From: Candidatus Bathyarchaeia archaeon
GTDB lineage: Archaea; Thermoproteota; Bathyarchaeia; Bathyarchaeales; Bathycorpusculaceae
Reading direction: 5' to 3'
Length of the DNA stretch: 64,000 nucleotides
Assembly: GCA_038882955.1 (NCBI GenBank)
Contig: JAVZNC010000002.1
Location: 221,209-285,208, forward strand
Part shown: positions 18,412 through 29,157 of the stretch, in pieces
How positions within the stretch are numbered: position 1 is the first letter of the stretch
How the letters are laid out: every line of letters begins with the position of its first letter
The notes under the pieces: model-generated
Database searches by the model: none
What the model was told of the DNA's origin: nothing
What the model saw: only the letters and a program-made list of their open reading frames with translations
Translations under genes and position numbers: made by a program

Positions 18412-19269
18412 TTGAGAAAACGCTTGAAAAACGCTTTGTCAATGGTGCTTTCTCCAAGCGAACTTGCACATTTGTATAGCTCCTACGACATTGTGGGAGA
18501 CATAGCAATCATACGCCTAACACCACAATCAAAAGGGCACGGCGAAGTTATTGCAAAAACGCTGATGGGAATACATAAAAATGTGCGAACAGTTCTAGCG
18601 CAAACAGGACCAGTTGCTGGAGAGTTTAGACTTCGAACATTGGAGCACATTGCTGGCGAACGCAAAACAAACACTGTTCACAAAGAGTCTGGATGTGTCT
18701 TCCATGTTGATGTACAAAAGTGCTACTTTTCTCCAAGACTTTTTTACGAGAGAATGCGAATCGCGAAACAAGTAAAGAGTGGGGAAACAGTCGTAAACAT
18801 GTTTGCTGGTGTTGGCTGCTTTTCAATTATCATTGCAAAACACTCCGATGTCTCAAAAGTGTATTCAATTGACATTAACCATGCAGCAATCGAGTACGTG
18901 AAGGAAAACGTAAGGCTGAATAGGGTTTATGGCAAAGTCGTGCCTTTGCTTGGCGACGCAAAGGAAATAATTGAAGACAAATTGCGTCATGTTGCTGACC
19001 GCGTTCTGATGCCTCTGCCGGAAAAAGCCTTTGAATACTTGCCCTACGCTTTGTTGGCGCTTAAAGAAAATGGCGGATGGATACACTACTACGATTTTGA
19101 ACACGCAAGCAAGAACGAGGATGCCGTTAAGAAAGTTAAGCTAAAAGTTGCCGGCAAACTCGCCGAATTGGGCGTTAATTTTGAAATCCCGTTTGGACGT
19201 ATAGTAAGGGCTACGGGTCCAAACTGGTATCAAGTTGTTTTAGACGCTAAAGTTAATCCTCAACATTAA
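18412..19269 (+). CDS. Trm5/Taw2-family tRNA methyltransferase lacking the N-terminal D1 domain
   Basis: YDIVGDIAI, GEFRLR, YFSPRL, NMFAGVGCF, DRVLMPLP. Confidence 0.88.
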   Translation: MRKRLKNALSMVLSPSELAHLYSSYDIVGDIAIIRLTPQSKGHGEVIAKTLMGIHKNVRTVLAQTGPVAGEFRLRTLEHIAGERKTNTVHKESGCVFHVDVQKCYFSPRLFYERMRIAKQVKSGETVVNMFAGVGCFSIIIAKHSDVSKVYSIDINHAAIEYVKENVRLNRVYGKVVPLLGDAKEIIEDKLRHVADRVLMPLPEKAFEYLPYALLALKENGGWIHYYDFEHASKNEDAVKKVKLKVAGKLAELGVNFEIPFGRIVRATGPNWYQVVLDAKVNPQH

Positions 19270-19324
19270 GTGGGCATAAAATGTTTTATAGGTTTGAAGC
19301 CAAAGTGTTTGGAGATGATGCGAT

Positions 19325-19606
19325 ATGAAGCGGAAGCTTATGGAAATCCTTGCATGCCCCATCGATAAACACTATCCGTTAGAACTTCATGTATTCGAGG
19401 AAAAGGATGAGATTGTTGAAGGCTTGATTGTCTGTCCAAAATGTTTGAGGTGGTATCCTATACGCGACGAGATCCCAGAAATGCTGCCCGACGAGCTTCG
19501 GAAAGAAAGCGAGGATTTGCCGTTTCTAAAAAAGTGGAAGGAGAAGATTCCAGAAAAAATTTTGCTCGAAGGCAAGCCATTCAACTTAAAAGGTAAACAT
19601 GCCTAA
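19325..19606 (+). CDS. trm112: Trm112 methyltransferase activator
   Basis: LMEILACPIDK...CPKCLRWYPIRDEIPEMLPDE. Confidence 0.9.
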   Translation: MKRKLMEILACPIDKHYPLELHVFEEKDEIVEGLIVCPKCLRWYPIRDEIPEMLPDELRKESEDLPFLKKWKEKIPEKILLEGKPFNLKGKHA

Positions 19607-19680
19607 TCGTGAAAAACTAGAGAGGGCTATCAATTTAGCAATTTTCGAACTGCTAAAATCGATGCAGACATGCGAAAGGG

Positions 19681-20646
19681 CTAGAATTCTCCTTTTAAAT
19701 TTATCACTTTGCCTTTAGCTGAAGATCTTAATGCAGCTTCAGCTACTTCTAGGGCTTTTAAGCCGTCAACTCCAGTTATAAGTGGTTTCTCTTCACCTAA
19801 AATACACCTTGCAAAGTGTTGCAGTTCAAGTTTTAGCGGCTCTTGCCATGCAAGCCGTGGCTGCACCGTTTCCTTTGCGCTTTCCACAGTTAATTCCTGC
19901 GTTATATAATCAAGTTTTATTATGGCTGCACTTCCAGTAACCGTCAATATTCGCGTTTTATAAGGTGTAAGCCAATTTGACTCTATAAAGGCGCTTCTTC
20001 CCCCCTCAAAAGTCAACATTATCTGCGCGTAATCCTCAAACTGTCTATGCTTCATGCTTCCAGTTTTTGCAAAAACGGCTACTGGATTATCTCCAAAAAG
20101 ATACCGCATTATGTCTATGTCATGAATTGCCGTGTCTTTAACAACACCAACATCTCCGATTCTTTCTGGCCACTCGGAAACTCTCTTTGCCGTGGCGCAC
20201 ACAAGCTGTCCGATCGTTTTGTTTTCTATGGCTTTTTTGATGTGCTGGATTCCAGGTATAAAGCGCATCAGAAAACCAACAGTGATGTGCACTTTTTCTT
20301 TTTCTGCAGTTTCCAGCAACTGTTTTGCTTGTTTGATGTTTGTTGCCATGGGCTTTTCGATTAGGACGTGTTTTCCAGCTTTTATGGCTTTCATTGCCTC
20401 TTTCGCAAGGCTGGTTGACCACGTGCATATACTGACGGCTTCTATTTCCTCCATTTTCAGCATTCTTTCAGTTTTAGCGTATGGCTTTACTCCAAACTGC
20501 TTTGCTACGGCTTTCGCCCTTTCAGAGTCAATGTCGCAAACCGCCAACAGCTCTGTTTCAGCCAGTTCCTTGTAAACTCTAGCGTGGTTTCTGCCCCAAA
20601 AACCAGTTCCTATAACTGCCACTCCAACTTTTTTCATTTTGTCCAC
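19681..20646 (-). CDS. Gfo/Idh/MocA oxidoreductase, probably acting on a nucleotide sugar
   Basis: GTGFWGRNH, HVLIEKP, DTAIHDID; sugar-nucleotide operon context. Confidence 0.9.
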   Translation of the reverse strand: MDKMKKVGVAVIGTGFWGRNHARVYKELAETELLAVCDIDSERAKAVAKQFGVKPYAKTERMLKMEEIEAVSICTWSTSLAKEAMKAIKAGKHVLIEKPMATNIKQAKQLLETAEKEKVHITVGFLMRFIPGIQHIKKAIENKTIGQLVCATAKRVSEWPERIGDVGVVKDTAIHDIDIMRYLFGDNPVAVFAKTGSMKHRQFEDYAQIMLTFEGGRSAFIESNWLTPYKTRILTVTGSAAIIKLDYITQELTVESAKETVQPRLAWQEPLKLELQHFARCILGEEKPLITGVDGLKALEVAEAALRSSAKGKVINLKGEF

Positions 20647-22025
20647 ACACCCCTTCCCAAACCACGGTATATGAACCCTTCCTTTTCAACTGCAGATGGC
20701 TCCACTATTCCCTCCAAATCCACAATGGCGGCTGGCATTTTCATTACAACTTTCAATTCTTTAAGGTTTAAGCGCCTAAACACGTCGTGACTCGTCAGTA
20801 TCACAGCGCAGTCTGCTCCTTCCAAGGCATCAACTAAACTTTTCCTTAAATTTGAAATTTCACTTGCCTCCTCCACTGTGACATATGGGTCGTAAACGCT
20901 GAGCCTCGCGCCAGCCGCATCCAACATCCTAATTAATTCTACTGCCACACTTTTAAGAGGCGCCTTTGAATCTCTTGAACGTGTAACCCCTAAAACGGCG
21001 ATTCTTGCCCTTCGTAAGGTTTTTGAACAGCCCTTTAAGGCATCCCTAACCAAGTTTGCCGCATGCTTGACTATTACCGTGTTCACATCATTGGCAGCTT
21101 TTAGAACACGCGCTTTTATGTTAAGGTTTTCAGCGTCCTCTAAAAAGAAGTATGGTTCAATGCTGTGGGTATCATCAAAATGCAGCGCAGAAAACAAGGC
21201 GCTCAGATCTTTCTTTGAAAGTTTAGCTACTTCCACATGATCTATTCCCGCTTTTTCACAGAAGACTGCAAACTCTCTGGCTAAGGCAGCATTTGCACTG
21301 CTTTGTATCGCTTCAAAAATTGCTGCGGCTTCAGCAGCCTTCACGTTCAGCGTCTTTTTCAAGGAGCATCTGGTAATAACCTTTAAGAATATTGATGCAG
21401 CGTTTAAGCTATTCTTGTCGAATGCCGCGACAATTCTTTCGCCTTTCCCCATTGTCTCCAACGTTTGTCCATCCAAAGATTTAACTGGGCTGTAGGCTAA
21501 TCCAAAATCAACTCCGCATTTAAGTCCAGAAGCGTTTTCCAAGCTTTCCCTTATCAAAGATTGTGTTGTGCCTACACCTACCGTGCTTGCGAAAACTACC
21601 AAAGAGCCGCGGTGAAGACCTAAACCCACTTGTTTGCATGCGTTTACAATTTTTGAATAATCAGCTTTTCCCTTTTTGTCCACTTCTGCATGAACCGTTA
21701 TTATGATTATGTTACTTTGCGCTGCAGCCGTTTTGGCGTCTGTTGTTAAGTTTAATGCCTCGCTCTTTGCGCAGTTTTTCATTTTTAATGCTATTTCGTT
21801 TTGTATGAAGGGGATCCTTCCCTTTGCAATATCGTTTAGAATAGTTCTATTTGCATCTGCGCAGTAGACTTTGAACCCCTTTTCAATTGATAGCCACGCG
21901 TGAAAAATGCCTATGTGTTTGCAACCAATCACGCCGACGGTGTAGTTTGTACGTTTTTCCGTTGCATCCAAGTCTTCTGGTCTTATATTCAAAAAGTTTA
22001 GGGACATTTTGTTTTCTCCACGCAA
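20634..22025 (-). CDS. Nucleotide-sugar dehydrogenase homolog with degenerate catalytic motifs
   Basis: UDP-ManNAc/UDP-Glc dehydrogenase layout is retained (STVGVGTT, LAYSP, YDPYV, LTSHDVF), but GxGxxG, the catalytic Lys and the catalytic Cys are absent. Confidence 0.8.
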   Translation of the reverse strand: MRGENKMSLNFLNIRPEDLDATEKRTNYTVGVIGCKHIGIFHAWLSIEKGFKVYCADANRTILNDIAKGRIPFIQNEIALKMKNCAKSEALNLTTDAKTAAAQSNIIIITVHAEVDKKGKADYSKIVNACKQVGLGLHRGSLVVFASTVGVGTTQSLIRESLENASGLKCGVDFGLAYSPVKSLDGQTLETMGKGERIVAAFDKNSLNAASIFLKVITRCSLKKTLNVKAAEAAAIFEAIQSSANAALAREFAVFCEKAGIDHVEVAKLSKKDLSALFSALHFDDTHSIEPYFFLEDAENLNIKARVLKAANDVNTVIVKHAANLVRDALKGCSKTLRRARIAVLGVTRSRDSKAPLKSVAVELIRMLDAAGARLSVYDPYVTVEEASEISNLRKSLVDALEGADCAVILTSHDVFRRLNLKELKVVMKMPAAIVDLEGIVEPSAVEKEGFIYRGLGRGVWTK

Positions 22026-22036
22026 GACTCCTTGTA

Positions 22037-23419
22037 TCAGCCCTTTAGGCTTTTTATCATCTTTTTAAGCTTTAACGCGTATTCTTCGACAAGCTGTTTT
22101 GCCCTTTTCTTGTTTTTAGCTTCAGCGTACAATCTGTAGATGGGTTCTGTGCCGCTTGGTCTTACAAGAATGGCGCTTTTATCTTCAAACCACACTTTTA
22201 CCCCGTCTATGGTGTTCATGTTTTGCCCTTTAACTTGTTCTATGAGCTTCTCAAGTGTTTTCTGCTTTAGACTTTCTGGGCATTCAACTTTCCCTTTCTC
22301 AATAAAGTACTTTGGCAGCTCTTCCAATAAACTTGAAAGTTTTTTTCCAGTTTCCGCCATAATGTTCAGAGTTAAGGCTGTTGCCATCGCACCGTCCCTA
22401 ACTGGCTGGTGCGGTCCATAGAATATTCCGCCATTTTCCTCTCCCCCAAGCTTCGCTTTTAGTTTCTTCATTGTTTGGGAGACGGTTACGCTGCCAACTT
22501 TTGTTAGGACAAGTTTTCCACCGTAAGCGTCAGCGATGTCGCTAATTAAAGTTGAGGAACTCACTGGCGTAACAACTTTTTCGCCTGGATTTCGTTCCAA
22601 AAAATGTTTTTCAACAAGAGCAAATGTTTTGTCCCCCCAGTGAATTTCGCCTCGCTCATCAACAAATATCGCGCGGTCAGCATCTCCATCAAAGGCAACG
22701 CCCAAATCCGCTTCAACAGCCTTTACAGCCGAGGCTAACTCGCCCAAATTTTCTGGTCGCGGTTCAGGTAGTCTTCCAGGAAATGTTCCGTCGATGTCTC
22801 CGTTTATCGTTGTGACTTTGCATCCTAATTCGCGGATTAAACGCGGTATTGCTAGGTTGCCAACACTGTTGGCAGCATCAATAACAACATGATAATGTCT
22901 CCTTGCTATTTTGTCCACATTCACATGCCCTTTCACGGCTTCCACATATTCGTCGATTATGCCGTTGACTGTGCTCACTCTTCCAATTTTTATCCATTCA
23001 GCATAACGTGTCTTTTCATCAAAAAAAATGTCTTCAATTTCAATTTCTTGTTCACGTGAAAGCTCTATTCCATCATTCCACACGACTTTTATTCCGTTAT
23101 ATTCCGGCGGGTTATGCGAAGCAGTTACTATCACGCCGCCATCCATTCTGCAGCCTTTAGTTGTATACTGCAATGCTGGGGTCGGCGCCATCCCCCCAAA
23201 AATCACATCGCATCCAGTTGCGTTTAAACCAGCAATAACAGCGCTTGTAAGCATGGGACCGCTTGTTCTAGCGTCGTGCCCCACAATCAGTTTTCCTTGT
23301 TTGAAAAATGTGCCTATTGCCCCTCCGATTTTTGCTGCTATTTCGGGAGTCAACTCTTTGTTGGCTATTCCACGGATTCCATTTGTCCCAAAAAGTCTTC
23401 TCGCACTCAACATTCGCAT
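22037..23419 (-). CDS. glmM: Phosphohexomutase (GlmM / PMM-PGM)
   Basis: LFGTNGIRG, TASHNP, FDGDADR, GGEENG, VRPSGTEP. Confidence 0.9.
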   Translation of the reverse strand: MRMLSARRLFGTNGIRGIANKELTPEIAAKIGGAIGTFFKQGKLIVGHDARTSGPMLTSAVIAGLNATGCDVIFGGMAPTPALQYTTKGCRMDGGVIVTASHNPPEYNGIKVVWNDGIELSREQEIEIEDIFFDEKTRYAEWIKIGRVSTVNGIIDEYVEAVKGHVNVDKIARRHYHVVIDAANSVGNLAIPRLIRELGCKVTTINGDIDGTFPGRLPEPRPENLGELASAVKAVEADLGVAFDGDADRAIFVDERGEIHWGDKTFALVEKHFLERNPGEKVVTPVSSSTLISDIADAYGGKLVLTKVGSVTVSQTMKKLKAKLGGEENGGIFYGPHQPVRDGAMATALTLNIMAETGKKLSSLLEELPKYFIEKGKVECPESLKQKTLEKLIEQVKGQNMNTIDGVKVWFEDKSAILVRPSGTEPIYRLYAEAKNKKRAKQLVEEYALKLKKMIKSLKG

Positions 23420-23426
23420 CTTCTCC

Positions 23427-24524
23427 TTAAGCTATAAATCCGCATGTTATAGTGTTGTCGGCAACCTCCTTTGCTGGACAAACTGAAACCCTTTTTACAA
23501 GGGAAACGCCATCCTTAACTTTAACACCGTCAGCGAGAATGCACCCCCCTCCGATTTTTGCTTTCACACCAATTACCACGCGTTCACCAATTATCGCATT
23601 ATCAATTGACGCATAATCTGACACTGTGGTTTCTGGAAAAATTATGGCGTTCTGTATGCGCGCTTCTCGTCCAACCCTAACGTTTCTACCCAGAACAGCA
23701 TATGGACCCACAATTGATTTTTCGCCAATTGAAACTCCCTTATCAAGCGCCACGGGTTCCACAAGTTCTCCCTTACACACAATTTTATGCTCACATTTGT
23801 CTGCATGTAAGTTTAGTAAAAACTTGTTTATTTCCATATAATCTTCAGGTTTGCCAACGTCGGACCACAAACCGTTGAAAACGTACCCGCAAAGTTTTCC
23901 TTCCTCTGCAAGTTTTGGAAATATTTCCCGTTCAAGAGAAACCATGCGTCCGCTTGGTATGTAGCCAAATATTTCTGGGCTTAAAGCGTAGACCCCGGCA
24001 TTTATCAGATTGGTTGGGGCTTCCTCCCTTCGCGGCTTTTCAATAAACTTTTTAATGCGCTTTCCATCTGCTAGCTCGGCGACGCCAAATCTGCTAGGAT
24101 CTTCGACCTCGTGAAGGGCTATCGTTGCAACAGCCTTGTTCTCCCTATGTTCCTTCAAAATTTCTGTGTAGTTTACATCTGCGAATATGTCTCCATTTAA
24201 CACTAGAAATGGCGAACCATGTCCAATGAGTTTTTCAGCCTTCTTTATTGGTCCACCCGTTCCAAGCGGCATTTTGGGCGGATCAAGCGAGTAAATTACG
24301 TGTAATCCACACTTTCGGATTCTATGCTGTTTTATTAGGACTTCAGTTTGTTTATTAACCGCAAGTATCGCTTCTTTTATGCCGTTCCGCGCTATCCTTT
24401 CAAAAGTCCATTGCAGTAGTGGCTTGTTTATTATTGGGAAAAGACTTTTTGGTCTTGTGCAACTTAGTGGTCTAAGCCTTGTGCCGAAGCCTCCGGCAAG
24501 AATCAGCGCCTTCAATGTTTTCAC
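23427..24524 (-). CDS. NDP-sugar pyrophosphorylase (mannose-1-phosphate guanylyltransferase-like)
   Basis: ILAGGFGTRLRPL, LGTGG, NGDI, FIEKP, C-terminal hexapeptide repeats. Confidence 0.92.
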   Translation of the reverse strand: MKTLKALILAGGFGTRLRPLSCTRPKSLFPIINKPLLQWTFERIARNGIKEAILAVNKQTEVLIKQHRIRKCGLHVIYSLDPPKMPLGTGGPIKKAEKLIGHGSPFLVLNGDIFADVNYTEILKEHRENKAVATIALHEVEDPSRFGVAELADGKRIKKFIEKPRREEAPTNLINAGVYALSPEIFGYIPSGRMVSLEREIFPKLAEEGKLCGYVFNGLWSDVGKPEDYMEINKFLLNLHADKCEHKIVCKGELVEPVALDKGVSIGEKSIVGPYAVLGRNVRVGREARIQNAIIFPETTVSDYASIDNAIIGERVVIGVKAKIGGGCILADGVKVKDGVSLVKRVSVCPAKEVADNTITCGFIA

Positions 24525-24579
24525 CAATTTTGGAACTGCAGACTTATATTCGCGTGTATTGTAATATAAGAATTCCCAA

Positions 24580-25353
24580 ATGGAGGCTTGCACCGTGAAA
24601 GTCCTGCTTCACGAGATGAGTTGGACTGAAGCTAAAGAATACTTTGGAAAAAGCGACATCGCCATCATCCCGGTTGGGTCAAATGAGCAGCATGGACCGC
24701 ATAACCCTTTAGGAACAGACCATCTTATAGCAAAAGCGTTAGCAGAAGAGGTTGCCAAGCGCACTGGTGTCCTCTGCGTTCAAGTTGTTCCTTTCGGCGT
24801 TAGCTCACATCATAAACAGTTTTGGGGAACAATCTCCATAAGACCTGAAACGCTTCAAGAGTATGTTAAAGACATTTGCCTATCGCTCAACTATTATGGC
24901 ATAAAGAAGATAGTCATTGTTAATGGGCATGGCGGCAACTTTAACGCCCTCACAGACCTAGCCAGAAAATTGAGGGAAAACGGAATATTCATATCAGTCT
25001 TCCAGTGGTGGCCAGCAGCAAGTAAACTCCTACCAGAACTGTTCAAGCCAGAAGAAAGGCGGCATGCCTGCGCCGAGGAAACATCAATGAATTTGCTGTT
25101 ACATCCAATGCTTGTGGATGTGAGTAAGGCTGTGGATGATGTGCCACGTGAAAGCGCATTGCAAGCAGAGGGTGTGGCGCTTCCATTTGATACTGTAGAT
25201 TATACTTCATGGGGCGTTTTTGGCAAGTCCACAACTGCGTCAGCCGAAAAAGGAAAGCGTGTTTTTGAAGCTGTTGTCGAGGAACTGTCAAGGCATGTTA
25301 ATGCCCTTAAAAAGGCTAAAATTGAAGAGTTGATGCAAAAGTCAAAGGTTTAA
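24580..25353 (+). CDS. Creatininase family amidohydrolase
   Basis: GSNEQHGPHNPLGTD, NGHGGN, HACAEETS. Confidence 0.9.
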   Translation: MEACTVKVLLHEMSWTEAKEYFGKSDIAIIPVGSNEQHGPHNPLGTDHLIAKALAEEVAKRTGVLCVQVVPFGVSSHHKQFWGTISIRPETLQEYVKDICLSLNYYGIKKIVIVNGHGGNFNALTDLARKLRENGIFISVFQWWPAASKLLPELFKPEERRHACAEETSMNLLLHPMLVDVSKAVDDVPRESALQAEGVALPFDTVDYTSWGVFGKSTTASAEKGKRVFEAVVEELSRHVNALKKAKIEELMQKSKV

Positions 25354-25492
25354 GTGGCAAATTAGGCTGCGAAAAACTTATTTTTATCCCTTTCAAGTTT
25401 GATTTTTGCTCTGCGGAGGCAAGCCGACCAAATAATGTTTGGCGTTCAAACATGCAATGCGTGCATTCCATCCTTCATGGGAGGGAGTGCAT

Positions 25493-26056
25493 ATGCGGAA
25501 ATCGTCAATACTGTTCGTCACTACGTTAAGTACTTTAAGCACTTTGGGAGTCGGCTTGCTAGGTCCCGTATATCCCATATTCATAATAAACCGCTTTTCA
25601 GCTTCTGCTGTTGATTTAGGCGTGCTTTATGCGATTTTTTGCTTTACAACCGCAATTTTCAAAGTACTTTCTGGAAAACTTGTTGACAGCCTTGGCAAAA
25701 GCCAAGTTTTCTTTGTCGGAGTCGCTATTGGCGCCGTATGTTCACTTTCTTACATTTTCGCCGTGGACATCATTCAGCTCTACTTAATCGAATTTTTCTA
25801 TGGACTTTCGTATGCTTTGCAGCGTCCAGCGTTGTTGACCTTAATGTTTGACGCAAGTAACACTTGTAACAGAGGATTCTTTTTGGGGATGTTTGAGTCG
25901 ATTTACGATCTTACAGAAGCGTTTGCTGCTGTATTCTCCGTAATCATAGTTAGCAAGTTTGGCTTTGAACCGCTCTTTTTGATGTGTTCCGGCTGCCAAG
26001 CAACAACAGGCATTTTAATTTTAAAAGCTGAAAACAAGTTTTTCCTTAAGCGTTAA
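25493..26056 (+). CDS. Half-size (6-TM) MFS transporter
   Basis: GKLVDSLGK (MFS motif A) and about six hydrophobic segments in only 187 aa. Confidence 0.75.
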   Translation: MRKSSILFVTTLSTLSTLGVGLLGPVYPIFIINRFSASAVDLGVLYAIFCFTTAIFKVLSGKLVDSLGKSQVFFVGVAIGAVCSLSYIFAVDIIQLYLIEFFYGLSYALQRPALLTLMFDASNTCNRGFFLGMFESIYDLTEAFAAVFSVIIVSKFGFEPLFLMCSGCQATTGILILKAENKFFLKR

Positions 26057-26067
26057 GGCAAAAAGCG

Positions 26068-27612
26068 TTATTCCCATTCAATTGTTGCTGGCGGCTTATG
26101 CGTTATATCATAAACAACGCGCGTAACTTCTGGAATTTCGTTGGTTATCCTTGTTGAAATTCTCTCCAAAACCTCGTAAGGAATCTTCGCGAAGCTTGCG
26201 GTCATTGCCTCGCGGCTTTCTACTATCCTAACAGCTACAACATGACCGTACGCTCTTGCATCTCCCTTAACACCAGTAGCCTTTGTGTTTGTTAAAACGG
26301 CAAAGTATTGCCACAAGTTTTCCGCTAAACCGCCCTTCTCGATTTCCTCGACAATAATCTTATCTGCCTTCTTCGCAATTCTAACTTTCTCCTTCGTTAA
26401 CTCACCAATCACCCTAACCGCCAAGCCTGGACCTGGAAAAGGTTGTCTAAAAACGATTTCTTTCGGCAGTTCAAGTATTTTGGCAACCTTTCTAACTTCA
26501 TCCTTATACAAGTCGCGCAGTGGCTCCACAATCTTTTTGAATTTCATTTTTATGGGCAAACCAGCAACATTATGATGCGTTTTTATCTTGTCAGAGAACT
26601 TCCTAAACCCAGACTCAATCCTATCCGGATAAATCGTCCCCTGAACAAGATAATCAGCACCAGTTTTTTCAGCTATCTCCTCAAAAACTCTTATGAATTC
26701 TTCGCCTATAATTTTCCTCTTCTTTTCGGGGTCTGTAACGCCCTTAAGTCTTGCCAAAAATCTTTCTTGTGCATTTACAATGAGCAAGTTTATTTTAAAT
26801 TTTCCAAAACTCTCTTTGACGAATTCTGGTTCACCTTCGCGCATGAAGCCATGGTCAACAAAAACCGCTGTAAGTCTATCTCCAATCGCATTTGCTGCAA
26901 GTACTGTTGCCACGCTTGAGTCTATACCGCCGCTTAAGGCGATTATTGCCTTTCCCTCACCAACTTCCGCCTTTATCTCGTCAACCATTTTTCCAATCTG
27001 GTCTTCCATTTTCCAATTTGCTTCACACTTGCAAACTTCAAATATGAAGTTTTTAAGCATCTGCATGCCTTTTTCAGTGTGGACAACTTCTGGATGCCAC
27101 TGTAAACCATAAATCGGCTTTTCCTTGTGCCTAAAAGCCGCAACTGGACAATTTTCCGTATGCGCTAAAACCTCAAATTCCATTGGCAAGGCAAAAACCG
27201 TGTCACCGTGACTCATCCAAACCTTTTCTCTTCTCTCCAATCCTTTTAAAACGCCAACTGGCTTGTCAACACTCACATAGGATACTCCGTACTCCCTATT
27301 TTCTGCCTTTTCAACTTTTCCGCCCACCATTTGGGCGATTAGCTGATGTCCATAACATAAACCTAAAATTGGCAATTCTAAATCTAAAATTCCTCTTTCT
27401 ATTTTTGGTGCATGCTCCTCGTAAACGCTTGCTGGACCACCTGATAGGATTAATCCTTTTATGTTGAACTTTTCTTTTAACAGTTCAATTTCCTTTGGTT
27501 TTATGTCGTGTGCAACAATTTCCGAGTAGACCCCATTTTCCCTTATTCTTCTCCCTATTAGGTGGCAGTACTGTCCGCCAAAATCGAGGACAAGTATCGT
27601 GTCATACTTCAT
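26068..27612 (-). CDS. guaA: GMP synthase, fused GATase + ATP-PPase
   Basis: [51 protein letters not shown]. Confidence 0.97.
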   Translation of the reverse strand: MKYDTILVLDFGGQYCHLIGRRIRENGVYSEIVAHDIKPKEIELLKEKFNIKGLILSGGPASVYEEHAPKIERGILDLELPILGLCYGHQLIAQMVGGKVEKAENREYGVSYVSVDKPVGVLKGLERREKVWMSHGDTVFALPMEFEVLAHTENCPVAAFRHKEKPIYGLQWHPEVVHTEKGMQMLKNFIFEVCKCEANWKMEDQIGKMVDEIKAEVGEGKAIIALSGGIDSSVATVLAANAIGDRLTAVFVDHGFMREGEPEFVKESFGKFKINLLIVNAQERFLARLKGVTDPEKKRKIIGEEFIRVFEEIAEKTGADYLVQGTIYPDRIESGFRKFSDKIKTHHNVAGLPIKMKFKKIVEPLRDLYKDEVRKVAKILELPKEIVFRQPFPGPGLAVRVIGELTKEKVRIAKKADKIIVEEIEKGGLAENLWQYFAVLTNTKATGVKGDARAYGHVVAVRIVESREAMTASFAKIPYEVLERISTRITNEIPEVTRVVYDITHKPPATIEWE

Positions 27613-27648
27613 TGCGCATCGCTTTGCATTACAGACGTGCCCTTATAC

Positions 27649-29049
27649 TTAAACGTAAAGATACTTCTGCAACTCCCAAGACGTTACATGCTCTTCGATT
27701 CCAGAAGCGTGCTTTTCGTATTCCCTCCACTCTTGCATCTTCAGCTCAAAATATTTCTCAGAGTTTTCCCTGCCTAAAGCACGTACACAAACTTCGTCGC
27801 TTTTCCATTCTTCTAGCGCCTCTTTGAGTGAAGATGGCAAAACCTTTATGCCCAACTCTTTTCGTCGGGACTCGCTTAAACGGTAGACATTCATTTCAAC
27901 TGGTTCTCCAGGGTCAATCTTTCTCTTAATTCCATCCATTCCAGCCTCCAAAACCACCGCGTAGGTGAGGTAAGGGTTACAAAGCGGGTCTGGACATCTG
28001 AATTCTATTCTTGCCTCGTTTTCTTTTCCTGGAAAATACTCTGGCACTCTTATCAGTGACGAGCGGTTTCTTTTGCTCCATGTGACATAAACTGGGGCTT
28101 CATAGCCTGGCACAAGCCTCTTGTAACTGTTTACGGTTGGGGCTACTATTGCGCATAAAGCTCTTGCATGTTCAAGTAAGCCGCCTATAAAGTATCGGCA
28201 TTTCTGTGAAATGTTCGCGTAGCCTTTACCATCATAGAAAATGTTTGTTCCATTTTTCGCGTCAAAAATGCCAATGTGAATGTGCATACCGCTTCCAGGC
28301 TTTCCAAACCACGGCTTTGGCATGAACGTCGCAGTCCACCCATATTTCTTTTCAGCCACGGCTTTTGCCGCAAGTTTGTAGCGCATTATGTTATCAGAAG
28401 TTGTCAGCGGGTCTGAATATTTGAATGTAATCTCGTTTTGAGCAGACCCAGCTTCGTGGTGTTGGCGTTCGACGGTTATTCCCATTATGCTTAGGGTGTT
28501 GGATAGTTCCATGCGGTACTGTTCCGTAAAGTCTCTATTTGGGGCTATGTCAAAGTATCTATGTTTATCTATCAAGTTATTTTCAACAGGGCAAATTTCG
28601 TCTTTCTCGTCTTTCTGTACTAGGTAGAACTCTATTTCCGCGGCTGCCGTAGGCTTATAGCCTTCGCTTAAAGCCTTTTCCATTGCCTTCTGGCATATGT
28701 ATCGGGAATCGCCTTCAAAACGTTTGCCATCTGGTCTGTAGATGTCGCATATGAAGATTGCAACGCTTTTTTCGTAAAAGTAGTATGGACAAACCGTAAA
28801 TGTTGTTGGGTCGGGCTTCATAATCATGTCGCTTTCTTCTATGCCGACGCCGCCTATTATTGAGGAACCGTCGAAGCCTACTCCTTCTTTTAGGGCGTTT
28901 TCGCCTTCTTCTGCCGGGATTGTTCTGCCCTTAAGATACCCCAAAATATCCGTAAAGTGTAAGAGTACGTAATCAGCGTTCTTCATAAGCCTAATACATA
29001 AATCAAACTTTTTAGCGTGGTTCTCTTCTGCGTATAGCATGGCTTTCAC
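27649..29049 (-). CDS. glnA: Glutamine synthetase type I
   Basis: FDGSSI, EIEFY, HHEAG..QNEI, FMPKP..GSGMHIH, NSYKRLVPGYEAP, NRSSLIRVP, EFRCPDP. Confidence 0.92.
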   Translation of the reverse strand: MKAMLYAEENHAKKFDLCIRLMKNADYVLLHFTDILGYLKGRTIPAEEGENALKEGVGFDGSSIIGGVGIEESDMIMKPDPTTFTVCPYYFYEKSVAIFICDIYRPDGKRFEGDSRYICQKAMEKALSEGYKPTAAAEIEFYLVQKDEKDEICPVENNLIDKHRYFDIAPNRDFTEQYRMELSNTLSIMGITVERQHHEAGSAQNEITFKYSDPLTTSDNIMRYKLAAKAVAEKKYGWTATFMPKPWFGKPGSGMHIHIGIFDAKNGTNIFYDGKGYANISQKCRYFIGGLLEHARALCAIVAPTVNSYKRLVPGYEAPVYVTWSKRNRSSLIRVPEYFPGKENEARIEFRCPDPLCNPYLTYAVVLEAGMDGIKRKIDPGEPVEMNVYRLSESRRKELGIKVLPSSLKEALEEWKSDEVCVRALGRENSEKYFELKMQEWREYEKHASGIEEHVTSWELQKYLYV

Positions 29050-29157
29050 CTGCTTATGAACAAATTTTTAATAAAAGGAATACTTTGTATAAGTATAAAA
29101 AGTTTCTTTCTAAAATTAAGCGCAAATGTTAAATAATAAACGTTGTAGACTAAATAG

